From positions 1 to 64,000 of the forward strand of contig CAWEWF010000008.1 of the NCBI GenBank assembly GCA_963812605.1: 64,000 nt of DNA, given 5' to 3'. Below, one piece after another: positions 24,195-33,960 of the stretch. The stretch comes from an uncultured Verrucomicrobiae bacterium (GTDB taxonomy: Bacteria > Verrucomicrobiota > Verrucomicrobiia > Palsa-1439). The translations under genes were made by a program, and so were the position numbers. Under the pieces are notes generated by a model that saw only the letters and a list, made by a program, of their open reading frames with translations, searched no databases and had not been told where the DNA came from. Position 1 is the first letter of the stretch, and every line of letters starts with the position of its first letter.

Positions 24195-24632
24195 CTACGG
24201 CGCGTTCGTCGAGGTGTTTTCGAAGACCACGAAGTCGGCGCGGACGTGGACTTCGGGGATGGAGAACAGGATGAAGAATTGCTCGTCTTGTTCGATCACA
24301 ATGTTCGCCGGGGTCAACGGGCCGCCGGCTTGGACCCCGCCGTTTTTATACATTCTATTAACCGCTTTCACCCGGCTGGCGGGCACGATCGTGAAAAGCC
24401 CCAGGAGCTTGAAACCGTGGTCATGGCCCACGGCACTCAGCTTTTGCGCATGAAAATTGGCCTGGGTAAGCTTGACTGTTGTGATGGTTCGAGGCGCTTC
24501 CGGAGCACCCGCGGCGGGATCAGGAGCAAGGGCCAGGGCCGTCAAGCTCGAGCAACCCGTCAGCAATGGCGCCGCCAGGCCGCACACCAGAAGGCTCACA
24601 CAAGCCCTGGCCGCAAGGTTCTGCAGATTCAC
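24195..24632 (-). CDS. Lipoprotein, DUF6567-like
   Basis: GTG start with GGAGG RBS, LTGC lipobox, VKLTQANF, GFKLLGLF, FFILFSIP..RADFVVF. Confidence 0.65.
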   Translation of the reverse strand: MNLQNLAARACVSLLVCGLAAPLLTGCSSLTALALAPDPAAGAPEAPRTITTVKLTQANFHAQKLSAVGHDHGFKLLGLFTIVPASRVKAVNRMYKNGGVQAGGPLTPANIVIEQDEQFFILFSIPEVHVRADFVVFENTSTNAP

Positions 24633-24927
24633 CGTTTCCTCCCCATGAATGATCTCCTTTGCCCTTATCATCGCGCGGCAAATTCAATTGCACAATCGGC
24701 CCAAACACTGACGCTCATCTCGGCGACCATTGCGAAAAACAATAGGGCGATCTCCTAGAGCTTATTTCGCAAACGCTGGTGGGCCGCCTCTGCGATGCGG
24801 CGTTGACGGGTTTCCGAAGAAATCCGCCGACACACAGTGTCGGCCTACAACGCAAAGCCAAGACGAACGGCCCGCGCTTCACAGAAGCGCGGCTACACCA
24901 GAGCGGCAACAAACGGAAAGGGCCGGC

Positions 24928-25527
24928 TCACGTCTTGGCGTGGAACTTGATGCCGCAGCCGACGAACTTGGTTTCCTTGACCGGAATCGGCTGGCCCGCG
25001 GTCGAAGCGGCGATCGCGTCCTGCAGGAAGTGGTCCTTGACCGCGCTCGCGTCCTGCGAGTCATCGATGGCGCCGTGGTACACTAGCTTGCCGTCCTTGT
25101 CGAAGAGGAACGCCTCGGGGGTGCGCGTCGCGCCAAACGCGCGCGCTACATCCGACGTGGCATCGACGACATAGGGGAACGTGAAGCCGAGCTTCTGGGC
25201 GCGCTTCTGCATCTCGGGGTAACTGTCCTCGGGATAATCGGCGGGATCGTTCGAGTTGATGACAATCACGCCCACGCCCTTGTCCTTGCCGGAATTGCCG
25301 ATGGCCGCGATGCGGTCCTGCCACGCTTTCACGAACGGACAATGATCACACGAGAAAATGACGAGCGTGCCGTTCTTGCCCGTCACGTCGGCAATGGACA
25401 CCTCTTTCCCGTCCACGTTCTTCATCTTTACGGTCGTGTCCGGCGCTTTGTCGCCGATATTCAGCCCAAACGCGCTGCCGGCCAGCGACAGCGATACGAT
25501 TAACGTCCCGAGCGAATTACTTTTCAT
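24928..25527 (-). CDS. Secreted thioredoxin-fold redoxin (AhpC/TSA-like)
   Basis: Signal peptide, IFSCDHCPFV, INSND, ARAFGATRTPE, YHGAIDD, GCGIK. Confidence 0.88.
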   Translation of the reverse strand: MKSNSLGTLIVSLSLAGSAFGLNIGDKAPDTTVKMKNVDGKEVSIADVTGKNGTLVIFSCDHCPFVKAWQDRIAAIGNSGKDKGVGVIVINSNDPADYPEDSYPEMQKRAQKLGFTFPYVVDATSDVARAFGATRTPEAFLFDKDGKLVYHGAIDDSQDASAVKDHFLQDAIAASTAGQPIPVKETKFVGCGIKFHAKT

Positions 25528-25550
25528 GCAATGCCTCCCGTTGGTTTGAT

Positions 25551-26060
25551 TCATTTGCCAAGGACTTCGACCACTTTCTGCTGAAAAACGTTGAAAGTGG
25601 TTTCGCCCTCCCAAAAATCCCGCAGTTTTCCCGTGCCGTCAAAAAGAAACGTCGCGGGCAGCGCGCCCGTCCAGTCTTTGCCCATCCCGTCGATGAACTC
25701 CTGGTCCTTCTCCGCCTTCAAGTACGCGGGAAACTCCACGCCGTGGTCGGCCAGGAACTTCTTCACTGCTGGCAGGTCGGTCTCCGCATCCGCCGAGACG
25801 AGCAGGACCTTCAACCCCTGCCCCTGGTACTTGTGCGCCACGCTCACGAGATCGGGAAATTCTGCCCGACAAGGGCCGCACCAGGTCGCCCACATATTTA
25901 CCAACACCGCCTTCGCGCCGGAGTCCCGCACCGCCTTTTGAAGGTCAGCGGCGGTAACCGGCGTCACCTTGACATCCTCGATCCGCACCGTGCTGCTCGG
26001 CTTGCTGCACCCCGCGCACAGCAGAAGTCCCGCCGCAATGATTCTTCGGGTAACCGTCAT
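25551..26060 (-). CDS. TlpA-family disulfide reductase lipoprotein
   Basis: CAGC lipobox, VNMWATWCGPCRAEFP, WTGALPAT. Confidence 0.9.
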   Translation of the reverse strand: MTVTRRIIAAGLLLCAGCSKPSSTVRIEDVKVTPVTAADLQKAVRDSGAKAVLVNMWATWCGPCRAEFPDLVSVAHKYQGQGLKVLLVSADAETDLPAVKKFLADHGVEFPAYLKAEKDQEFIDGMGKDWTGALPATFLFDGTGKLRDFWEGETTFNVFQQKVVEVLGK

Positions 26061-26148
26061 AAGCTTCCACAATAGTACATGAAATCCGTTGCCGCGCCAG
26101 CGGGTAATACGTAGTATTCCGAATGCTCCCGGGAAAGCGCATCATTCT

Positions 26149-26628
26149 ATGATCATCTCCAGCCTGGCCAATCTCGCGGCGGCCAGCTACCTCACCTGGG
26201 GTGGATTCAAGGGCTGGCGACGCGGTCTGGCCGTCGAACTCCCGCGATTGCTCAGCGTCACGCTGGCGCTGGTCACCGGCGCGGGTTTGATGTGGTGGGC
26301 GGACCGCGCGTTGGCGGACTTCGACAAGTTCACCGGGCAAGTCGCAGGCGCGCTGGGCTGGGGCGGCTCTCTCGTGGGCGCATTCTATCTGGCGCGCCGG
26401 TTGCGGGCGCGGATGGGACGCTGGATTATCGAGCAATTGCCCGAAGAGAGCGTCGAGAAACGGGCCGGCATGGCGGCGGGATTCCTCCGAACCCTCGTTA
26501 TCAGCGCCATGATCACCCTCTTTTTACTGCATACGCCGCTGGCCTTCCTCGTGCGCAATTCCATGATGGGCAGCCTCGCGAGGATGGTGCAGCCGGTCTA
26601 TCATATCGCCGACAAACCGCATCCTTGA
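26149..26628 (+). CDS. cvpA: CvpA (colicin V production) family membrane protein
   Basis: GWRRGLAVEL, four TM segments, EKRAGMAAGFLR, NSMMG. Confidence 0.65.
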   Translation: MIISSLANLAAASYLTWGGFKGWRRGLAVELPRLLSVTLALVTGAGLMWWADRALADFDKFTGQVAGALGWGGSLVGAFYLARRLRARMGRWIIEQLPEESVEKRAGMAAGFLRTLVISAMITLFLLHTPLAFLVRNSMMGSLARMVQPVYHIADKPHP

Positions 26629-26680
26629 CCGCAGCTCTGTCAGGCAGTGCTCACCGCGCTTGACACTCTGCTGGACACTG

Positions 26681-26845
26681 TGTTCAGCGCACTGGACATT
26701 TCGCTGCTGGTAATTCCTTGGCGATTTTTACTATTGAAAATAATTGCGTTTTATTGGCCGTCTTAACTGCCACGCAACACGCCTATTTCGCATGCGTGCG
26801 AATGTATTGCCATCGACCGACTCTCCCTCTGGCACAGCCCATGCA
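26681..26845 (+). promoter_or_regulatory. Sigma-54 promoter with an upstream enhancer-like palindrome
   Basis: TGGCACAGCCCATGCA (GG-N10-GC) at 26830-26845; TGTTCAG-cgca-CTGGACA palindrome at 26681-26698; AT-rich IHF-like tract between them. Confidence 0.6.
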
Positions 26846-26940
26846 ATCCTAGTTATCCGCAAGGAAAGTTGCGGGGGGAATACGGTGGCAAAGCCAATCC
26901 GTATTCGTGAAAAAAATTGAAGACAAGAACGGAAGAATTT

Positions 26941-27084
26941 ATGAACTCAACGGATACCATGAGCCTGAAGCCTGAGTTTACTCTGAAGAACCGGAGAGAA
27001 CGGCGCCTCACTGTCTGGACGTTGATCTGGGCGGGCCTTTGGACGGGCGTGTTGCTCTGCGGCTTCGTCATATTGATGCGCTAG
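26941..27084 (+). CDS. 47-aa small membrane protein MNSTDTMSLKPEFTLKNRRERRLTVWTLIWAGLWTGVLLCGFVILMR
   Basis: Translated by hand; basic patch plus one TM helix; lies downstream of the sigma-54 promoter. Confidence 0.55.
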   Translation: MNSTDTMSLKPEFTLKNRRERRLTVWTLIWAGLWTGVLLCGFVILMR

Positions 27085-27261
27085 GGAAACGCCGCCGGCG
27101 GCCCCGAGAACACACGCGACGGAAGCCAGAGCCATCGCGACGTGCGCCCAAGCCAAAATGGACAAGTTGTAGCGGCATGTCCTCTTGCGAATTGCCGTCT
27201 TTACTCTCTCCATCACAGCGGGATACTGCTTTCCTCGGTTGCTGTTCGCGGGATCGAACCG

Positions 27262-28191
27262 CTACGGGCTGCTCAGCGGGCGCGTTGCTCCCGGTAGTTC
27301 CCTCGCCGCTGGTCGGCATCGCCCCGCGACCTTCCAGATCAGCCCCAATCCCAGGAAGTAGAACACGAGTCCCAGGGTTTCATGCACGAAGCCATACGGG
27401 AGTGTCGTCCGCGGCGCGACGAGGCAAATGCTGACGATCCTCAGGAAGTTGAAGCCGATGGCGATGGGGACCGACACCGCCCAGAGCGATAACTTCTCCA
27501 CCCATGGCATCCGGTTCTGGAATGCCAGAATGGTCGCCACAATCAAGGCCGACGTGAGCAATCCGAAGCCGTTGCATTCGGTGGCCACGACGAATATGTG
27601 GTCCTTCACATACAGGAGCAATTGCGGCGGCTGGCCCTGTTCCAGGGCAATTTTCACCGGTGATCCCATCGCCGCCAGCAACGCGCCGGCATACCGCGCC
27701 GCCATCGCCCGCAACGGCCAATCCAATGTCGGCACCAATCCCGCCAGCATACCGAACACGAAAAAAGCCCCGAGCGCCGGCAGGAATTGCCGGGCGCCAA
27801 TCTTGCCGAAGAGAAACGAAACGACGCCGGCGAATGACAGGCACGCCGACAAAACCACGAGCGGCAACAGCCACGGTCGCCAGCGCGCCCCCAACCACAG
27901 GCATCCCAGCGCCAGCGCGACCAGGCCAATCCCCTGGTTGTTGATCTGCGGCGCGGGCCGCAGGTCATGCACGGCATCGCGCACGCAAATCGCGAGCGCG
28001 ATCAGCACCAGCAGCGCGCCGTTGAGAAGCTGCTGGGTGTGGATCGTCATCGACCCCAACCAGTACAGCAACGGCAAATACAGCAACCCGATCAATACGC
28101 CGATCGCCAACACCATCAGCATGCTCGTCGAACGCACCGGCGGCGCATTCGTGACGCCGGCTGTCAGCGGCTTTTCAGTGGCGGATTGCAT
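27262..28191 (-). CDS. Second, divergent exosortase/archaeosortase family protein
   Basis: VATECNGFGLL (Cys), FNFLRIVSI (Arg), FVHETLG (His); about 8 TM helices. Confidence 0.8.
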   Translation of the reverse strand: MQSATEKPLTAGVTNAPPVRSTSMLMVLAIGVLIGLLYLPLLYWLGSMTIHTQQLLNGALLVLIALAICVRDAVHDLRPAPQINNQGIGLVALALGCLWLGARWRPWLLPLVVLSACLSFAGVVSFLFGKIGARQFLPALGAFFVFGMLAGLVPTLDWPLRAMAARYAGALLAAMGSPVKIALEQGQPPQLLLYVKDHIFVVATECNGFGLLTSALIVATILAFQNRMPWVEKLSLWAVSVPIAIGFNFLRIVSICLVAPRTTLPYGFVHETLGLVFYFLGLGLIWKVAGRCRPAARELPGATRPLSSP

Positions 28192-28230
28192 TCGTTGGAT
28201 TAGACGACACTGGACCGCTTCTGCTCAAGC

Positions 28231-29413
28231 TTAGAGAGCGCGCTCGAGGATCTCGTGCAATTCCTCGTCGCGCAACGGCAGCGGGTTGCCTTTCATGCTG
28301 GTCGACGACTTCGCCTTCTCGATGATCGCCGGGAAATCATCGCGCTTCACGCCATACTGCCGCAAGCGGGGGAATCTTCAGCGCCCGAACCAACTCGCCG
28401 GTATCGCCGACGATCTGCGCCACTTCCTCAAAGCGCCGGACGATTTCCGTCGGGGCGGATACCGCGCCGCGACCGGCGGCCCGCGAATCATCCGCCGGTT
28501 GACTTCCATTACATGCGGCAGCAGGGCCGCGCACAACGCGCCGTGCGGCGCATCGAACATCCCGCCCAATGGCCCGGCCAGCCCGTGCACCGCGCCCAGG
28601 CCCGCGTTCGCCAATGCCATGCCGCCAAATAAACTCGCGACACACATGTCCTGCCGCGCCGACACATCCTCGCCATGCTCATAGGCCCGCCGCAACGATC
28701 GCGCCGTCCGCAGCAGGCCTTCCCGGCAAATCGCGTCGGTCAGCGGATTCGCCTTCACCGAGACAAACGCCTCGATCAATTGCGTCAGCGCATCCAATCC
28801 GGTGGTCGCCGTGAGCTGCGGCGGCAAATCGTAGGTGAGTTCCGGGTCCACTAGCGCCACGCGCGGCAACATGAGCGGACTTCGCAGGCTGACCTTCACG
28901 TGATGTTCGGGCGAACCCAGCACCGCGTTGCGGGTGACCTCCGAACCCGTCCCCGCCGTCGTCGGGATCGCCAGGTACGGCGCCGACGGTTGCGTGAGTG
29001 GCTGGCCCTTGCCGATCACCTCCACGTAATCCAGCGGGTCGCCGCCATTCGTGAGCAACGCCGCGATCGCTTTGCCCGTGTCGATCACGCTGCCGCCACC
29101 GAAACCGATGACGAAATCACAGCGCTCATCGCGCGCGCGCTGCGTCCCCGTCCGCGCGACATCAAGAGTCGGCTCGCCCACCACCGAAAACGTCGCATAC
29201 TCGATGCCCGGATTCCGTCAACGCACTCAACATCGGCTCGACCCGCTGTACCGCCCCCGCGTGCGTGGCCGTAGCCATTTCCGCGCGAAGGCCCGCCGAC
29301 TTGCCAATCACCACCAACGCCCGCTTCCCCAACCCCTGCGCCAGCGCGCCAACCTCCTTCAACTTCCCCGCGCCAAACAGAACGCGCGTCGCCGTGGCAA
29401 ATTCAAAGTTCAC
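28231..29413 (-). CDS. Iron-containing alcohol dehydrogenase, frameshifted
   Basis: FEFATATRVLFGAG, GGGSVIDTGK, IPTTAGTGSEVT, GLDALTQLIE, GAVHGLAGPLGG..HG; ends EILERAL*. Confidence 0.88.
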
Positions 29414-29682
29414 CTCCACAGTAAAATCGCCGCCCGTTGCCAGTGTGATGTTGAACAGGCGTTCCCTTGTTCCAGCAATGAATGGCCCGCTCCAGACTTG
29501 TACCGGCGCTTCTGTGAAGCGCCGAATAGCCGCGCCCTCGCCCTGCACCACGTTCGCCAAATTCATAACGCCGATCTCCCAACCTGTTGATAAAGCGCCT
29601 CTTAACTGGGGGGTTCGTTTCGCAGAAACGCATGTTTTCAAGACATCCCATCGCACTCCTGCTGGTTTCGGAAAGCCAGATT

Positions 29683-29721
29683 CCCCTCCTCTCCCCTTGG
29701 GGGAGAGGATTGAGGTGAGGG
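29683..29721. repeat. CCTCTCCCC/GGGGAGAGG..GAGGTGAGGG hairpin repeat
   Basis: Stem-loop resembling the widespread CCCTCACC..CCTCTCCC intergenic repeat type. Confidence 0.55.
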
Positions 29722-29758
29722 TATTCGCTTTCGCCGTTGTGGGGCGTGATGCCTGTCG

Positions 29759-29930
29759 TAGTGGCGCGGGCGTCCCGCCCGTGTCCTTCCGCCTCCGAGT
29801 TGAACAGGCGTCCCGCCTGTATCTTTTCGCCGCGTCATTCATCAATGCCTTGCCATAGTGGCGCGGGCGTCCCGCCCGTGTCTTTCCGCCTCCGAGTTGA
29901 ACAGGCGTCCCGCCTGTATCTTTTCGCCGC
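29759..29930. repeat. Tandem duplication of a 75-bp REP-containing unit (29759-29833 and 29856-29930)
   Basis: tagtggcgcgggcgtcccgcccgtg...cccgcctgtatcttttcgccgc twice, one mismatch, 22-bp spacer. Confidence 0.9.
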
Positions 29931-30356
29931 TTGCTGCCGACCGTCATACTCCAATCCATAATTCACTCCCCGCATCATACCATTATCGGAATTCGATGTA
30001 CAGAGGAAAACACCGCCACCGACTTCTCCACAATTGTAGGGCAGGCGGCCCGCCTGCCACCTCCCTCGTAGAACGGGCAGCCTGCCCTCCATAGCGCCCT
30101 CGCGACGGAGGGTCCCGCCCGTTCCCCAATCACCCTGCTTGTCGACCCGTCTCTCTGTCGATACACTCTATCGACATGATGGCTGACGGCGGCGCCCTCA
30201 TCACTTTACGGAAACCGTTCGTAAGCACGGAACGCGAATATCGGAATTCGATGTCCAGTCCGAAGATGCGTTATCCTTGCCAAGTCGTTGGTGGGGGTAG
30301 AACGTCCCGTGAGATGGACCGGCGAGCCGCGTCGCGGAAACACCGTCTTACGTGGT

Positions 30357-31274
30357 TTACGGAAACCGGCGACGTAATCGGCAACTGCCGAACAACGCGC
30401 AGGGCCCTAACGCCACAAAAATCCACGTCGCCGGCTCAGGAACCTGCACCGCGATCCCAAAGGGCCCATACAAACCTGAAGCGAAGACTGTCCCAATTCC
30501 ATTAGTATCGAATTTCTCGATCGTGCCGCTGCCAAAATTAGCCACATAGAGATTCCCGCTGCTGTCGAAGGCAAGATCAGCAGGGTCGTTCAGCCCCGCA
30601 CTTGCGAAAACCGTGCCGACTCCATTCGTTGTGAATTTCACAATTGAATTGGTGTAGTTCGCCACGTACAGATTCCCGCTCCTGTCAAACGCCAGACCGG
30701 TAGGCTCGCGCAGGCCAGAGCTGGCGTCGGCAAAAACACTCCCGACTCCATTCGTACTTAGCTTGACGATCGCGTTATTGCCTTGATTTGCCACATAGAG
30801 ATTACTACCACCATCAAAGGCAACACCGGAAGGTAAGTTTATGCCTGAGGTATAGTCGGCAAAGACAGACGCTACCCCGTTTGAAGTGAATTCCTCCACC
30901 GTGCCCTGGAGCCCTCCGAAATTCGCTACGTAAAGATTGTTACTGCTATCGAAGGCAACGCCAAAAGGCAGGTCCAACCCCGAACTGCTGTCGGCAAAAA
31001 CGGTACCATTACCACTCGAATCAAACTTCTCAATCGTGCTGTTCTGAGAATTTGCTACGTAGAGATTACCGCTGCTGTCAAACTCCAGCCCCAGTGGCCT
31101 CACTAGGCCAGTGCTCGCGAATACCGACGCCTGCCCACTTGGGTTAATCACATCGACCGTGTTGTTGGAAAAATTCGAGACGTACACGAGATCGGCATGA
31201 GCAACCGTGACGGTGAGCATTAGAAATAGTAATACACTCTGCGCAACCGGCGATACATTGATGCGTTGCTTCAT
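30357..31274 (-). CDS. PEP-CTERM protein with NHL-like beta-propeller repeats
   Basis: Signal peptide ending AHA-D; five P-x-G/D-L/V-x-FD..GNLYVAN-type repeats; VPEPATW plus TM plus RLRRR tail. Confidence 0.9.
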   Translation of the reverse strand: MKQRINVSPVAQSVLLFLMLTVTVAHADLVYVSNFSNNTVDVINPSGQASVFASTGLVRPLGLEFDSSGNLYVANSQNSTIEKFDSSGNGTVFADSSSGLDLPFGVAFDSSNNLYVANFGGLQGTVEEFTSNGVASVFADYTSGINLPSGVAFDGGSNLYVANQGNNAIVKLSTNGVGSVFADASSGLREPTGLAFDRSGNLYVANYTNSIVKFTTNGVGTVFASAGLNDPADLAFDSSGNLYVANFGSGTIEKFDTNGIGTVFASGLYGPFGIAVQVPEPATWIFVALGPCALFGSCRLRRRFP

Positions 31275-31731
31275 ATTCAGGTTGCACCCCACACCATAAA
31301 TAATATATGCCTTGGATGGCGATAGTCGCACACAACACTATCGATTGCAAGGCTAAACCCAGTCGTGGCGAATGGAGTCGTAGCCCCGAGTAAGCTGCGG
31401 TTGCAAGAACGCATAAGGAAATAGCGTCGGGTATCACCAGTAAAACATTCGACGGGCGGACCGGGATCAGTCCCGCACAATCGCACAATGGCAGTGTTGA
31501 ACGCGCTGCCGCACCGCCCAAAACCCCTCGCCGTATTTCACGCCTTTGCGCGACCCGGATGGAAATCACCCCAACGGAATCACTCGCCAAAAAATAAATT
31601 TGCAACCTTCGCCGACTTGGGGAATCGTTCTGATCAAGGCGTTGGGCGCAGTGAAAAAATCTTAACGTGAAGCGATAAACGTTCAAGAGCATCAAACCCC
31701 CCAACAGTACAAAGCGAAGAAAGCCTAAACC

Positions 31732-32673
31732 ATGAACACTTCCTCCAAACCTGCGGGCGACAAGGACCTCGCCCAACAAATCTTCGACCTGATGGTTCAG
31801 ATGCCGGGAGGCAAGCCGGGTTATCGCCCGGTCCACGCCAAGGGGATTGTCTGCCAGGGAACGTTCGCACCCACGAAAGACGCCGCGACCATTTCCAAAG
31901 CCGCTCATTTCCAGGGAACGCCGGTGCCCGTAACCGTTCGCTTCTCGGACGGGGCGCCGGACCCCTCCATCCCGGACAACTCGCCTGACGCCGGTCCACG
32001 CGGAATGGCGATTCGATTCCATCTCGCGGGCGATGGGAAAGCCGATATTGTCGCGTTGTCCCACAACGGCTTCCCTGTCGGCACCGGTGAAGAGTTTCTC
32101 GCGCTTCAACAGGCCGTCGCCGCGACCAATCCCAGCCAGCCGCACCCCTGGCCCATCGAAGCCTTTCTCGGCGCGCGTCCCCTCGCCTTGAAATTTGTCA
32201 TGGAGAGCCGGGTGATCCCGGCCAGCTTCGCCACCGAATCGTTCTTCTCCAACAACTCCTTCGTCTTCGTGAACAAGAAGGGAGTGAAACAGGCGGGCCG
32301 TTACCAGATTCTTCCCGTCGCCGGGCAGCAGAACCTGAACGACGCCGAGGCAAAAGCCCGGTCGGTCAATTTTCTCGTTCAAGAACTCCAGACCCGTCTG
32401 GCAACCGGGCCGGTCCAGTTCCGTCTGGTGGTGCAACTTCCCAATCCTGGCGATCCCACCCATGATTCCACGCTGGTTTGGCCCGATGATCGCCAGGCAA
32501 TTGACGCCGGCACGATCAGCATTACTTCCATTCTTGCCGACAGTGCCGCTGCCGAAAAGAAACTGGTGTTTGATCCGACGCACTTGACGGACGGGATCGA
32601 ATTGTCCGATGACCCGCTGCCCGCACTGCGCGCCGAGGTCTATTCGCTCTCGGCGGCGCGTCGCCAGGGCTAG
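31732..32673 (+). CDS. Catalase-related heme peroxidase (SrpA-like)
   Basis: RPVHAKG, VRFS, PRGMAIRF, FDP..L.DGIELSDDP, RAEVYSLS (proximal Tyr). Confidence 0.88.
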   Translation: MNTSSKPAGDKDLAQQIFDLMVQMPGGKPGYRPVHAKGIVCQGTFAPTKDAATISKAAHFQGTPVPVTVRFSDGAPDPSIPDNSPDAGPRGMAIRFHLAGDGKADIVALSHNGFPVGTGEEFLALQQAVAATNPSQPHPWPIEAFLGARPLALKFVMESRVIPASFATESFFSNNSFVFVNKKGVKQAGRYQILPVAGQQNLNDAEAKARSVNFLVQELQTRLATGPVQFRLVVQLPNPGDPTHDSTLVWPDDRQAIDAGTISITSILADSAAAEKKLVFDPTHLTDGIELSDDPLPALRAEVYSLSAARRQG

Positions 32674-32801
32674 CCAGCGAATGATGGCGCGTTGACCATG
32701 ATCACATTTCAACAAGGGGATTAACCAGGCCATGCCAATCATGACTGGCTCGTTCACTGCGATAATACACAACCAACCGTCTCTCAACGAAAGGAATACC
32801 C

Positions 32802-33920
32802 ATGACAACTTCGACCTCAAACCGCGACGATCCAGCCAGCGAATTGAAACAGAAACCGTCGGCACCGGCTTCCGCCGCCCAATCCGTCCGCAGTTTCGGA
32901 ACAGGAGCCGCAAAGAGTTATCAGGCTTGGGTTGCGAAAGCACCCAAACAACCCATGGTCCTCGAAACCGTTGATCCCGGACCGCTCGGGGCCGAGGACG
33001 TGGAAGTCGCTGTCGAACACTGCGGTTTGTGTCACTCCGATCTCTCCGTTTTGAACAATGACTGGGGCATTTCGCAATACCCCGCGACCCTCGGCCACGA
33101 GGTGATCGGTCGGATCACTGCCATCGGTTCAAACACCAAGGGACTGGCGGTCGGACAGCGTGTCGGCGTTGGCTGGTTCTCGGGTAGCGACATGCACTGT
33201 CGCCAGTGCCTGTCGGGAAACCATCACCTTTGCCCGCAGGGGCAAGCGACGATCATCGGTCATCGCGGCGGGTTCGCAATCCACGTCCGCGCGCACTGGG
33301 CCTGGGCCATCCCGCTGCCGGAGAAGCTGAACTTCGCCGACGCCGGGCCGTTGCTCTGCGGCGGCATCACCGTCTTTAACCCGCTGGCGATGTACGCCAA
33401 GCCGACCGATCGGGTAGGCATCATCGGCATCGGCGGATTGGGACACATGGCGGTGAAGTTTGCCGCCGCGTACGGTTGCGAGGTGACCGCGTTCACGTCG
33501 AGCGAGAGCAAGTTCGAGGAAGCGAAGGGTTTCGGGGCGCACCACGTCATCTCGAGCAAGGACTCCGCCGCGATCAAGAAACTCGGCGGCAGTTTCGACC
33601 TTCTGATCAGCACCGTCAACGTGCCGCTCGACTGGGACGCCCTGATCAACGCGCTCGCCCCCAACGGCCGGCTGCACGTCGTCGGTGCCGTGGTGGAACC
33701 GATCCCGGTCGCGGCCTTCTCGCTCCTTATTGGGCAGCGCAGTGTCTCCGGTTCGCCGACTGGCTCGCCAGTGGCGATCGCGACGATGCTCGACTTTGCT
33801 TCGCGGCATAATGTCGCGCCGCAGACCGAGCACTTCCCGATGAGCAAGATCAACGAGGCTTTCGCCCGACTTGCATCCGGCAAGGCCCGTTACCGGATCG
33901 TCCTGGACGCGGATTTCTAA
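32802..33920 (+). CDS. ahr: Zn-dependent NADPH aldehyde reductase (Ahr/YjgB-like)
   Basis: CGLCHSD, GHEVIG, AGPLLCGGITVF, GIGGLGH, SGKARYRIVLDADF. Confidence 0.88.
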   Translation: MTTSTSNRDDPASELKQKPSAPASAAQSVRSFGTGAAKSYQAWVAKAPKQPMVLETVDPGPLGAEDVEVAVEHCGLCHSDLSVLNNDWGISQYPATLGHEVIGRITAIGSNTKGLAVGQRVGVGWFSGSDMHCRQCLSGNHHLCPQGQATIIGHRGGFAIHVRAHWAWAIPLPEKLNFADAGPLLCGGITVFNPLAMYAKPTDRVGIIGIGGLGHMAVKFAAAYGCEVTAFTSSESKFEEAKGFGAHHVISSKDSAAIKKLGGSFDLLISTVNVPLDWDALINALAPNGRLHVVGAVVEPIPVAAFSLLIGQRSVSGSPTGSPVAIATMLDFASRHNVAPQTEHFPMSKINEAFARLASGKARYRIVLDADF

Positions 33921-33960
33921 TCGGCGTACCGAATTTTTTCCCAATCTGAAAGGAGCTACC

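Larger units (their letters stand above)
29612..30002 (-). other. Promoter-bearing intergenic element, copy B
   Basis: Minus strand: TGTACA-17-TATGAT, GTGAATTATGGA (29966), cacaacggc (29741), gatggga..aaaacatgcgtttctgcgaaacgaacc (to 29612). Confidence 0.55.

Noticed and set aside
29759-29930. Direct repeats with a spacer as a CRISPR array
   Set aside because: Only two units of 75 bp with a 22-bp spacer, REP-like internal hairpins and no cas genes
31144-32943. 599-aa minus-strand ORF and similar long ORFs (e.g. 6475-7644, 56491-57462, 62744-63799)
   Set aside because: Antisense shadows of well-supported genes in GC-rich DNA; no motifs
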